Of a stretch of 64,000 nucleotides of DNA, positions 20,703-29,809 are shown in pieces (position 1 is the first letter of the stretch; every line of letters begins with the position of its first letter). Source of the stretch: Minisyncoccota bacterium (GTDB lineage: Bacteria; Patescibacteriota; Minisyncoccia; Phycocordibacterales; UBA9973); assembly GCA_031413715.1 (NCBI GenBank), contig JANOFO010000003.1, positions 11,047 to 75,046 of the forward strand, given 5' to 3'. The notes beneath the pieces are model-generated. The model ran no database searches and was not told the DNA's origin. It saw only the letters and a program-made list of their open reading frames with translations. A program made the translations under genes and the position numbers.

Positions 20703-22709
20703 ATGAACGAAATACCAGATAAACAAGACAAAGAAGGAGCAAAACACAAAAGTCCTCATACTACTCGTAACTTCCATAGAAATAAGGGAAATTTTACGCG
20801 CACATTGCACAAGACACAAGGAGCAGCCCCACTATCACCGAGCCATACAAAGCAAACCCATCGTAGTGGCACATATACTGCAAATAATGCCGGCAAGGGC
20901 AGTCGTGGTAGTTATCAATATGGTTCAAACAAAGGTGGCCGAAGACCACGCGCGCAAGCTCCGAATCCAAAGGATGCAAATATCGTACCGACAGCCACTA
21001 AGAAAAAAACAAACTTTATCCCGGCTCCACTCCCTGGAGTCATTCGTATAATTCCACTTGGAGGCGTAGAAGAAATTGGCAAGAATATGACAGCAATAGA
21101 AATAGGCAACGATATTATCGTTATTGACGCCGGTATGCAATTCAAAACCGAGGATACGCCGGGAATCGATTATATCATCCCCAACACGACATATCTTGAA
21201 GAACGAAAGGATAAAATAAGAGGTATGTTTGTAACCCACGGGCACCTTGACCATATTGGCGGCATCCCCCTCGTTATGAGCCGCATTGGAAATCCACCGC
21301 TCTATTCTCGCAACCTCTCTATCCTTCTCATGAAAAAGCGCCAAGAAGAGTTCGCGCACTTACCGGCACTTAATCCGCAAGTTGTAGAAAAAGATTCAGT
21401 AATATATGCAGGAGAAATACGCATCAGATTTTTCGGAGTGACTCACACAGTGCCTGATTCTATGGGTATTGTCATCGAAACACCCTATGGATCAATAGTA
21501 ACTCCAGGAGACTACAAGCTTGATCAAGTAGACGGCAAAGTCTCCGATGAAGAAGAAAAAGAATATGCATTCTTCGACAAAGAAAAAGTTCTCTTGCTCA
21601 TGACTGATTCGACAAATGTAGAGAACGAAGGCTATTCAGTTCCTGAAGTCAGAGTGCATGAAGGACTTGATAAGCTTATCAAGCAAGGTACTGGGCGCAT
21701 CATCATTGCTGCCTTTGCCTCTCATATCACGCGATTAGTAAAGATCGTAGAAATAGCTGAAGGTCTTGGAAAGAAAGTTGTGCTCGACGGCAGGTCTCTC
21801 AAAACGAACATGGAGGTATGCGAACAAGCTGGATTATTCAAGCCCAAGAAAGGCACAATTATTCCCGTAGAAGATATAGACTCATACCCGCCGAATAAAG
21901 TAATCGTTCTTATGACAGGCGCCCAAGGCGAAGAATTCGCATCTCTTAACAGAGCAGCAAATAAAACTCATAAGAAATTTACCATTCGACCGGGTGATAC
22001 GATTATCCTTTCAGCATCCATCGTACCGGGGAACGAACTAGCTGTCGCACATTTGAAAGACAATCTAGCTCGCCACGGTGTTAAAATCATCAGTTACAGA
22101 ACAAGCGAAGAGACTATTCACGCGACTGGCCACGGAAATCAAGAAGATATTAAATGGCTCCACAGAAAGACTCATCCAAATTTCTTTGTTCCAATTCACG
22201 GTAATCACTACATGCTCAAGGTTCACAAGGAACTCGCAATGTCTCTCGGCATGAGTGAAGAAAATATCGTCGTACCTGACAATGGCACAATCATCGAGAT
22301 TACCGACAACGGCGAGAAAATCGGCATCCGTAAAGAGAAAGCTCCGTCAGGACCGATGATGGTGGACGGATTCTCTGTAGGTGATGAACAGGAAGTCGTT
22401 ATCCGCGACCGCCAAATGCTCGCCCAAGACGGAATGTTCGTCTTGATTGCGACTATAGATTCAACTACTGGCAAGCTTCGCAAATCTCCTGACATAATAT
22501 CTCGCGGATTTATTTATCTAAAAGAGAATCAGGAACTGCTCCACCAAGTCAGACTGATCATCAAGAAAACTATAGAGGATGGAGCTCGAGGAATGAACCC
22601 GATAAATTTTGACAGTATCAAGACAACTCTTGGCGACAATATCTCCAAGTTCCTCTTCCAGAAAACCGCCAAACGACCACTTGTTATACCTGTACTTTTA
22701 AGCGTCTAG
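20703..22709 (+). CDS. rnj: Ribonuclease J with a ~115-aa basic low-complexity N-terminal extension
   Basis: 668 aa. MBL motif (IIPLGGVEEIGKNM...FVTHGHLDHIGGIP), then the beta-CASP and C-terminal domains. The N-terminal extension is R/K/G/N-rich. Confidence 0.9.
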   Translation: MNEIPDKQDKEGAKHKSPHTTRNFHRNKGNFTRTLHKTQGAAPLSPSHTKQTHRSGTYTANNAGKGSRGSYQYGSNKGGRRPRAQAPNPKDANIVPTATKKKTNFIPAPLPGVIRIIPLGGVEEIGKNMTAIEIGNDIIVIDAGMQFKTEDTPGIDYIIPNTTYLEERKDKIRGMFVTHGHLDHIGGIPLVMSRIGNPPLYSRNLSILLMKKRQEEFAHLPALNPQVVEKDSVIYAGEIRIRFFGVTHTVPDSMGIVIETPYGSIVTPGDYKLDQVDGKVSDEEEKEYAFFDKEKVLLLMTDSTNVENEGYSVPEVRVHEGLDKLIKQGTGRIIIAAFASHITRLVKIVEIAEGLGKKVVLDGRSLKTNMEVCEQAGLFKPKKGTIIPVEDIDSYPPNKVIVLMTGAQGEEFASLNRAANKTHKKFTIRPGDTIILSASIVPGNELAVAHLKDNLARHGVKIISYRTSEETIHATGHGNQEDIKWLHRKTHPNFFVPIHGNHYMLKVHKELAMSLGMSEENIVVPDNGTIIEITDNGEKIGIRKEKAPSGPMMVDGFSVGDEQEVVIRDRQMLAQDGMFVLIATIDSTTGKLRKSPDIISRGFIYLKENQELLHQVRLIIKKTIEDGARGMNPINFDSIKTTLGDNISKFLFQKTAKRPLVIPVLLSV

Positions 22710-22719
22710 GAGCACACTA

Positions 22720-23916
22720 ATGCACATCACCAAACTCCATAGGATGTACATCCTTTCATTCTTGTTCACCCTTCACATATCGCTCTCAGCATATGTCAAT
22801 TCGACATTCCTATCAAATTTCATCTCTCCTTTATATGTGGGGATAATATATACCGTCGCATCAATTGTGACCTTATTCTTATTCTCAGAGAGCGCTGATA
22901 TTCTAAAACACTTCGGAAATCGCAGACTGGTTATTACGCTCTTGTTAATCAATATGGCATCACTTTTGGGCCTGATATCATCGACTGATCCATATCTGAT
23001 CGCCTGTTCATTTGTAGCATTCTTGGTTACCAATACTATGGTATTTTTCTGCATTGATATTTTTATTGAACACTTTGGCAACCCTGAAACTATAGGCAAG
23101 ACCAGAGGATTTTATTTGACGATTATTAGTATCGCTTGGGTCATCTCACCTCTTATTACTTCCATTCTTATCGGAGGTAGCGGTGGCTATCAGATGATAT
23201 ACACCATCGCTTTTATCGCTACTGCTATCACGACAATCGGACTTATACTCTCAGTCAAGAAATTTAGTGATAGCGTATATAAAAAGACTCCTTTTTTGGC
23301 GACATATCGCTACTTGAAGGCAAATCGCCACATGCTTGCTATAACCATTCTCAACTTCATCCTTCAGTTCTTCTACGCCTGGATGGTTGTATATACGCCG
23401 CTATATCTATTTGAGCATCTTGGATTCGGTTGGGACAAGATCGGTGTCATATTTACTATCATGCTTGTACCATTTGTGATATTTGATCTACCGATTGGAA
23501 TACTGATCGACAAATACCATGTTAGCAAGAGAAAACTTTTATACATTGGTATTCTCATCATGAGCTTATCGACAATGTCGATCGCATTTCTAGGGGCAGG
23601 CAGCATCGCATTGTGGGCACTTGTGCTGTTCTTGACGCGAACCGGGGCAGCGATTTTAGAGACGACTTCAGAGATATATTTCTTTACCCACATCAGTGAG
23701 AGCGATGCATACCTGCTCGGAGTATTTCGGGATATGACATCTTTAGCATATATTCTTGGCCCTCTTCTCGCTACTCTAGTCTTTATATTCTTCCCTTTCA
23801 AATATTTATTTATAATACTAGGCGCTTTTATCCTCTCCGGCTTCTACTATATACCCAAGCTAAAGCATAACCATGAAAACACAGATAACTATGGACTACC
23901 CAATACGAATCAATAG
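22720..23916 (+). CDS. MFS-type transporter (~12 TM helices)
   Basis: 398 aa, strongly hydrophobic with periodic TM helices. Its end overlaps the start of the next gene. Confidence 0.65.
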   Translation: MHITKLHRMYILSFLFTLHISLSAYVNSTFLSNFISPLYVGIIYTVASIVTLFLFSESADILKHFGNRRLVITLLLINMASLLGLISSTDPYLIACSFVAFLVTNTMVFFCIDIFIEHFGNPETIGKTRGFYLTIISIAWVISPLITSILIGGSGGYQMIYTIAFIATAITTIGLILSVKKFSDSVYKKTPFLATYRYLKANRHMLAITILNFILQFFYAWMVVYTPLYLFEHLGFGWDKIGVIFTIMLVPFVIFDLPIGILIDKYHVSKRKLLYIGILIMSLSTMSIAFLGAGSIALWALVLFLTRTGAAILETTSEIYFFTHISESDAYLLGVFRDMTSLAYILGPLLATLVFIFFPFKYLFIILGAFILSGFYYIPKLKHNHENTDNYGLPNTNQ

Positions 23917-24625
23917 ATATCTTGCGCAGAAGAACTACGCTACTCGCACTGGCGCAGATGAGCTTATTAAGAAGGGCTTTGTGACTATAAACGGCCGCAA
24001 GGCTGTCCTTGGCGACCAAGTTCAGGAAGGAGACACAGTAGAAGTGAGTAAGAAAGCACCGAAGGATGCATACGTGTATTATGAGTATAACAAAGCTGTA
24101 GGTGTTTCAACCAATCCAGACCCAGGGAGCAAGGATATATTACAAATAACAAAGTTCCCTGTCCGAGTCTTCCCTATCGGCCGGCTTGATAAAGACTCTC
24201 ATGGATTAATCCTCATGACCAACGATGGCCGTGTGACTGACCGATTGCTCTCGCCGAAATACGTACACGAAAAAGAATATGTCGTGAAAGTTGAACCAGC
24301 ATTTTCTGATAAATTTGTAGAGCTTATGAGTAATGGCGTAAAATTTGATGGATTCGTAAGCAAGAAATGCAAAGTCTGGCCTGCCCGCCATGCTTCGCAA
24401 GGCGATGCGGGCGGGAGAAAGAACAGTGATACATTCCATATCATCCTGACCGAAGGAAAGAAGCGTCAGATTCGCCGTATGGCTGAAGCGTTACATCACA
24501 CCGTCACGGATCTCAAACGTATTAGAATCATGAATATCGAACTTGGTAAAACCCCTTTCGGCGAGTTTCGAGAAATAAAAGACAAAGAACTTGATGAATT
24601 ACTGAAGTCTCTTCAACTCAAATAA
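23873..24625 (+). CDS. rRNA pseudouridine synthase, RsuA/RluB family (S4 domain + catalytic domain)
   Basis: S4-like N-terminus (RINRYLAQKNYATRTGADELIKKGFVTINGR). Catalytic Asp motif (GRLDKDSHGLILMTNDG). Confidence 0.8.
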   Translation: MKTQITMDYPIRINRYLAQKNYATRTGADELIKKGFVTINGRKAVLGDQVQEGDTVEVSKKAPKDAYVYYEYNKAVGVSTNPDPGSKDILQITKFPVRVFPIGRLDKDSHGLILMTNDGRVTDRLLSPKYVHEKEYVVKVEPAFSDKFVELMSNGVKFDGFVSKKCKVWPARHASQGDAGGRKNSDTFHIILTEGKKRQIRRMAEALHHTVTDLKRIRIMNIELGKTPFGEFREIKDKELDELLKSLQLK

Positions 24626-24653
24626 AAATCCTCTCGATTGAGAGGATTTTTAT
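24626..24653. terminator. Bidirectional hairpin terminator
   Basis: aaatcctctc-gatt-gagaggattt, flanked by A/T runs. It lies between convergent genes. Confidence 0.6.
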
Positions 24654-24669
24654 TTACTGAATAATTTTT

Positions 24670-27537
24670 TTATTTAATTACCGCTCTACTCTCCGCTCCA
24701 AATGATCCATCTGCTTTGAGTCCATTAGATGCTTGCCATTCTTTAACTTTAGCAGCGGTTCCCTTTCCGTATATTCCATCAGTAGTGATCCCGAGTAGCG
24801 ACTGAAGAGATTTCACATCTTCACCTCTTAATCCAATTTTCAATGTACGATTAAACACTGAACCACTTATTGAAGTATTTCCTTCTTTAACATCCGTGTA
24901 AGCATTTTTATTTGTTGAAATTGTTCTTCCAAAAGTCGAAGGAGTTACAACGGCAGATTGATAGAATCGTGGAGGCCAAGGAGCACTTGCAACTTCTTGT
25001 ATCCAATTTGTTCCATCAGTCGTTGACCAAATATCGCCACGCAAGGCACTTACACCTCCTTGACCAGCTCCACCTAGTAGCCACATTTTATTGTTCTGTA
25101 CTACAACAGAATGACCCGAGCGATATCCCCATGGACCTGGAGTACCAGTAGTAGTCCATACAACCCCATCAGAAGAAGAGACAATATCAAAAGTAGTAGA
25201 TCCTGTAGCAAAGCCACCCATAACCCATATCTTGCCATTAAATACCGTTGCAGTATGATAGCCTCGTGGCAAAAAAGCATTTATGTTTTCTTGTGTCCAA
25301 TTTATTCCGTTAGCAGTTGACCAAACATCACCGTAATTAGCACCATTATTATTTGTCCCACCTAGGATCCAAAGTTTATTATTAAACACTACAGAGGCGG
25401 AATTAGCTCTTGGAGTCCATGGAGCGTTACTAGTCGCTTGGTTCCAGTTTATTCCGTCGGACGATGACCAAACATCATTTAATTGATAGAAACTAGTGCC
25501 ATTTGATGATTGGCCACCTAGGATCCAAAGTTTATTATTGAAGACAGCGACACTGTGCGTGTCTCGAGCAGACCAAGGTCCATTTCCCATTTGAGTCCAA
25601 GTAATCCCATCTGACGAACTCCAAATATCGTTTGAACCTGCAGGATCATCTTTATTTCCTAGAACCCAAAGCTTATCTTGAAAATAAACAGCGGAATTAA
25701 ATAATCCTCTTGGTGACCACCTAGAACCAGTGTTGGGATCGTTAGATAAAATCTGATTCCAAGTTGTCATATTTGATGTTGACCAAATATCATTTGTGTT
25801 TCCACCAGCTTCATTAATTAATCCTCCCATCAAATAGACTTTTGCACTTGAAGGAGGAATGTTAGAAACAACAACAGTGACCGTAGCCGTTTGCGTTCCT
25901 GTCGTACATGGTTGGCCATTTGTAAGACTATACCCTGCTACTGAGGTGCAACCAGTATAGAGTGCCCCAGCAAACAGAGTGTATGTTGTTGTTTGAGTAA
26001 GCGGTCCAGTTGCCACCGTACTACTCACTTGACCATTCAAATTGGTCCAAACATTGGTCCAAACATCAGTAAATATTCCTACGCTAACACACCCATCCGT
26101 GGACAAAGAAAGCGTAGAGACTGATCCAGATACAACATTCATTGGATTCGCAGTGAAATAATTAATTATGCAACCTGTTTGTTGTGTACCGTTAATTGTA
26201 AATAAACTATCAGAATTGTCCATTGTCGTGTTATTAGAGTTTGGTTCCAAAACAACAAGGATTTCGAAATTTCGGCCTAACTGGGCATTATTTGAAAGGA
26301 TGAATTGTTCTGTTGGAAGACTTACAGTCTCAGTTCCATCATTATTGGTAGTATGAGGATCAGGCAACAAGTTTGTTGACCAAACTCCCCCATTTGGTCC
26401 TGGATTTCTAAATCGTGAATGAATACTCACGAGACTTCTGGAAGAAATATTACAACTTTTCCATTTCACGGTTATCTGCTGGCCAGCTTGATAGACTTCT
26501 CCTCCGTTTGGAGAAAGAACAATAATGGAAGGATCTGACACAGAGCTACATGTAGTATCAGGAGGTAAAACTATTCTAGTAGGAACACATTCTGTAGTCA
26601 TAACTGCAAGTGTATATGGCCCGCCTATGTTGCCACGCTCACGCCAGCCGGTGATAGTTTCCATGCGGTACTCCCGTATTGAAGTTGTCCGCGGATACCA
26701 TTTTTTACAGTAGGTTAGTTTGTCTAAATCTGCTCCTGAGACGCCGTCTGGATCTGTTAGCCAATTACCTTGCGCATCTACATGCTGATTAACCTTTCCC
26801 CACCAGTATGCGATACGAGGAGTAAGATCAACAACGCTTGATCCACCTATTGTAATCAAGTTACCAACAATTGGTAAACCCGAGGAGTAAGCACCAAATC
26901 CTCCACTATGATTTGCACCGAAAATTCCAAATTTAAATTGTCCTGCTAAAGCAGAAGGTTTTATATCTCCAACAATTTTAAATGTTTTACTAGACCCAGA
27001 CATGACAGCTAAATCAAAGCCTTGAGCCCAGGACCAATAATAGTTTCCATTAAAACTAAAAGCAGTAGCCGTCAAACCAATCTGTGAATTGTTTGTGAGG
27101 TCAATTACTCTGACATTTGTTATATAGGAATTTACATTTTCGTTGGATCCAATTTGGAGGCCATTCAAATAACAAATATTCTGAGATCCAGTATTTGTCA
27201 TTTTTATTCTAGCAAGTTCAACATTGGTAGCACCAGAAGATACAGTCTGATTCGAAGGATTATTGATATCGAGAACAAAACTTTCACTGCCTGGAGCAGT
27301 TTGGCCACAAGTAGGAATTACGACTGGATCTGTATCTTCTTTTGGATTAACAGTATTGATAGATTTGTCCGAAGATGTTGAATCTCCTAGAACACTACCA
27401 CTATTGCATTTCTGCCCTGTAGTTATGCTATAAGTGGCATTGCCGTAGCATCCATCGGGAAGTGTAGCTCCCTTTGCCTGACTTGCTACTAAAATCAATC
27501 CGAGAACGAAACCACCAAGAAGCAATTTCTTTATCAT
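24670..27537 (-). CDS. Large secreted/surface protein with a signal peptide, Cys-containing motifs, a Kelch-like beta-propeller and a C-terminal peptidoglycan-binding domain
   Basis: 955 aa. Signal peptide (MIKKLLLGGFVLGLILVASQAKG). At least seven repeats of the type IWSSSDGxxWTQ...NNKLWILGG (Kelch-like). C-terminal PG_binding_1-like segment (LKIGLRGEDVKSLQSLLGITTDGIYGKGTAAKVKEWQASNGLKADGSFG). Confidence 0.7.
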   Translation of the reverse strand: MIKKLLLGGFVLGLILVASQAKGATLPDGCYGNATYSITTGQKCNSGSVLGDSTSSDKSINTVNPKEDTDPVVIPTCGQTAPGSESFVLDINNPSNQTVSSGATNVELARIKMTNTGSQNICYLNGLQIGSNENVNSYITNVRVIDLTNNSQIGLTATAFSFNGNYYWSWAQGFDLAVMSGSSKTFKIVGDIKPSALAGQFKFGIFGANHSGGFGAYSSGLPIVGNLITIGGSSVVDLTPRIAYWWGKVNQHVDAQGNWLTDPDGVSGADLDKLTYCKKWYPRTTSIREYRMETITGWRERGNIGGPYTLAVMTTECVPTRIVLPPDTTCSSVSDPSIIVLSPNGGEVYQAGQQITVKWKSCNISSRSLVSIHSRFRNPGPNGGVWSTNLLPDPHTTNNDGTETVSLPTEQFILSNNAQLGRNFEILVVLEPNSNNTTMDNSDSLFTINGTQQTGCIINYFTANPMNVVSGSVSTLSLSTDGCVSVGIFTDVWTNVWTNLNGQVSSTVATGPLTQTTTYTLFAGALYTGCTSVAGYSLTNGQPCTTGTQTATVTVVVSNIPPSSAKVYLMGGLINEAGGNTNDIWSTSNMTTWNQILSNDPNTGSRWSPRGLFNSAVYFQDKLWVLGNKDDPAGSNDIWSSSDGITWTQMGNGPWSARDTHSVAVFNNKLWILGGQSSNGTSFYQLNDVWSSSDGINWNQATSNAPWTPRANSASVVFNNKLWILGGTNNNGANYGDVWSTANGINWTQENINAFLPRGYHTATVFNGKIWVMGGFATGSTTFDIVSSSDGVVWTTTGTPGPWGYRSGHSVVVQNNKMWLLGGAGQGGVSALRGDIWSTTDGTNWIQEVASAPWPPRFYQSAVVTPSTFGRTISTNKNAYTDVKEGNTSISGSVFNRTLKIGLRGEDVKSLQSLLGITTDGIYGKGTAAKVKEWQASNGLKADGSFGAESRAVIK

Positions 27538-27603
27538 AAGTCTTTGATTATCGTCTTATTTATATATCTTAATACTAACACGCCTAGGCTTTTCGTCAAA
27601 GAA

Positions 27604-27634
27604 AAACACCCTAATTTTAGATCAGGGTGTTTTT
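27604..27634 (-). terminator. Hairpin terminator after rpsR
   Basis: aacaccctaattttagatcagggtgtt with T-runs on both sides. Confidence 0.5.
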
Positions 27635-27639
27635 CAATA

Positions 27640-27840
27640 TTATTTAGCGATATACGGTAGAAGTCCCATGAATCGAGCTCGTTTGATGGCTACGGAGAGC
27701 TTGCGCTGATTCTTGGCAGTCACATCAGTACGACGGCGGGCCTGCATGCGAGCGCTTGGAGTCAGAAATCGGCGGAGAAGCTCGATATCCTTATAGTCGA
27801 TATGTTTTATATTGTTTGATGAAAAGTAGTCTTGTTTCAT
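27640..27840 (-). CDS. rpsR: 30S ribosomal protein S18
   Basis: 66 aa. ..YKDIELLRRFLTPSARMQARRRTDVTAKNQRKLSVAIKRARFMGLLPY. Confidence 0.9.
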   Translation of the reverse strand: MKQDYFSSNNIKHIDYKDIELLRRFLTPSARMQARRRTDVTAKNQRKLSVAIKRARFMGLLPYIAK

Positions 27841-27868
27841 AAATTTTATTTATTAATTCGTAATAGTT

Positions 27869-28327
27869 TTAGAACGGGATGTCTTCGGCATTAATCTGTT
27901 CATCGGGATACTCAATTGTATCGAGTGAATCATCATCTTCTTTTGGAGCAGTATTAGCAGACTGAGGAGTTGATGGTCGAGAACCACCTGAAGGACCGCC
28001 AGCCGAGCCAAACTGTACGCGATCAGCAATGATCTCAGTTCGATACTTCTTTGTGCCTGTGCCTGCATCATCCCAACTGCGGGTCTGCATGCGGCCTTCT
28101 ACCATAACTTGACTGCCCTTCTTCATATATTGGGCAACAGTTTCTGCTTGGCGGCCGAAGACTACGATATTGTGATAGTCCGCAGCTTCTTGTTTTGCAC
28201 CATTTTTGTCTTTCCAGACACGGTTCGTAGCGACAGAGAAACTACAAACTTTGATTCCAGATGGAATCGCTTTGAGTTCTGGATCACGAGTGAGATTACC
28301 TATGATAAGTGCTTTGTTTAGATACAT
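27869..28327 (-). CDS. ssb: Single-stranded DNA-binding protein
   Basis: 152 aa. OB fold (LNKALIIGNLTRDPEL...YHNIVVFGRQAE). Gly/Pro-rich tail ending in the acidic DIPF motif. Confidence 0.9.
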   Translation of the reverse strand: MYLNKALIIGNLTRDPELKAIPSGIKVCSFSVATNRVWKDKNGAKQEAADYHNIVVFGRQAETVAQYMKKGSQVMVEGRMQTRSWDDAGTGTKKYRTEIIADRVQFGSAGGPSGGSRPSTPQSANTAPKEDDDSLDTIEYPDEQINAEDIPF

Positions 28328-28356
28328 AATAGTTAGTTTAATTACTAATGACTTTA

Positions 28357-28851
28357 TTATACCACCAATGCGTCTATCTCCTTGTCTATAGTTTCTTCAT
28401 TGATTGGACCTGATTCTTCTGACTTTGTCACACGACGTTTTACACCATCAGTCTTGCCGTATGGACGCTTGACTGACATGGTGCTCTCGCGAACTGTCTT
28501 GATCATAAGATAACGAACAAGCTTCTCATTCTTATCAAGAATATTTTTAATAATTTTAGCTTGATCTGTCGTACATTCAAACTTGACCCAGCCGAAATAC
28601 CCATAAGAGAACTTCTGCTTCTTGTTCTCTATAGAGCGCGACATCTCATAGGCGAGCTCCATCATCTTCGGATATTCATCAGAAATAAATGTTGCACCTT
28701 TTTCAGTGAACATATCCTTAAACGTAGTGACTTCCCCACCAAGGTTCTCCTCGGCAATTGAGGGTACCATGATATAGCCCACCTCATAAACAGTCACCTT
28801 TCCTTGTTTAACCTCAACTTCTTCCCCCTCTAAATCTTTTGCTTTAGGCAT
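28357..28851 (-). CDS. rpsF: 30S ribosomal protein S6 with a C-terminal extension
   Basis: 164 aa. It has an S6-like N-terminal core (YEVGYIMVPSIAEE...ISDEYPKMMELAY). This is the first gene of a classic rpsF-ssb-rpsR operon. Confidence 0.8.
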   Translation of the reverse strand: MPKAKDLEGEEVEVKQGKVTVYEVGYIMVPSIAEENLGGEVTTFKDMFTEKGATFISDEYPKMMELAYEMSRSIENKKQKFSYGYFGWVKFECTTDQAKIIKNILDKNEKLVRYLMIKTVRESTMSVKRPYGKTDGVKRRVTKSEESGPINEETIDKEIDALVV

Positions 28852-28969
28852 TATCTTTTTAATTTCTATTAATTATCTTACTATGGACCCCCGCAAAACA
28901 GCGAGTATTTGTGTGCCGGTTTCAGGACCGGGACAAGCAAGACGTGGAGTTATACTAGCAAAAATAACT

Positions 28970-29809
28970 TTATATGTCAAAAACACGCTTGGCATTTTGT
29001 ATTATGGCTTTCGCTACTTCAGCTTCCAACAAACCTTTAATTTCAGCAATCTTTTTGACCACCTCTCGTATATACGAAGGCTCATTGCGATTGCCTCGGT
29101 AGGGCACCGGGGACACATACGGCGCATCAGTCTCGGACATAATCATATCGAGAGGAGTATTCCGGATAACTTCATCATAGTCTTTGGTAAAAGTAATCAC
29201 ACCGGTAAATGACAAAGTGAACCCAAATTCAACAAATGCCTTGGCATCATCTATATCACCTGCGAAAAAATGCACATCACCTTTTACTTTGGCATGCAGT
29301 TTTAATATATTGAGTGCATCATGATATACATTCCGCTTATTATCATCTACGCTATGGCGTAGATGTAACATAAGAGGTTTATTAAATTCATTGGCAAGTT
29401 CAATCTGATCGATAAACGCTTTCTTTTGCTTCTCAATTGTCTCCTCTGTACATCGGAAGTAATCCAAGCCACACTCGCCTATCGCAACCACCTTCTTATC
29501 TTTTAGAAGTTCTCTGTAAGCATCCTTATCGAAACTCTCGCCTCGTGAGGTAAATTCTACTCCCCCCTCTCCAAGCTCTTTTTCGTCGTGATATGATGCT
29601 CCAGTATGTATCGGATGAAGGCCAATTATGGCGTAGACTCCTTCTTCATATTGATTTGCCATCTCTACCGCTTTCCGCGAAGTGTCGATCTGAGTACCGA
29701 CATTGATAACCCAAGTATCGCTATCAAATGCTCGTTTAATAACCTCATCTCGATCTTCATCAAACGCTTTGAAATTTACATGAGAGTGGATGTCGATGTA
29801 TTTAGGCAT
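28970..29809 (-). CDS. tatD: TatD-family metal-dependent hydrolase
   Basis: 279 aa. IDIHSHVNF.., ..GLHP.., ..GECGLDY.., ..HLR.., ..ETDAPY. Confidence 0.85.
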   Translation of the reverse strand: MPKYIDIHSHVNFKAFDEDRDEVIKRAFDSDTWVINVGTQIDTSRKAVEMANQYEEGVYAIIGLHPIHTGASYHDEKELGEGGVEFTSRGESFDKDAYRELLKDKKVVAIGECGLDYFRCTEETIEKQKKAFIDQIELANEFNKPLMLHLRHSVDDNKRNVYHDALNILKLHAKVKGDVHFFAGDIDDAKAFVEFGFTLSFTGVITFTKDYDEVIRNTPLDMIMSETDAPYVSPVPYRGNRNEPSYIREVVKKIAEIKGLLEAEVAKAIIQNAKRVFDI

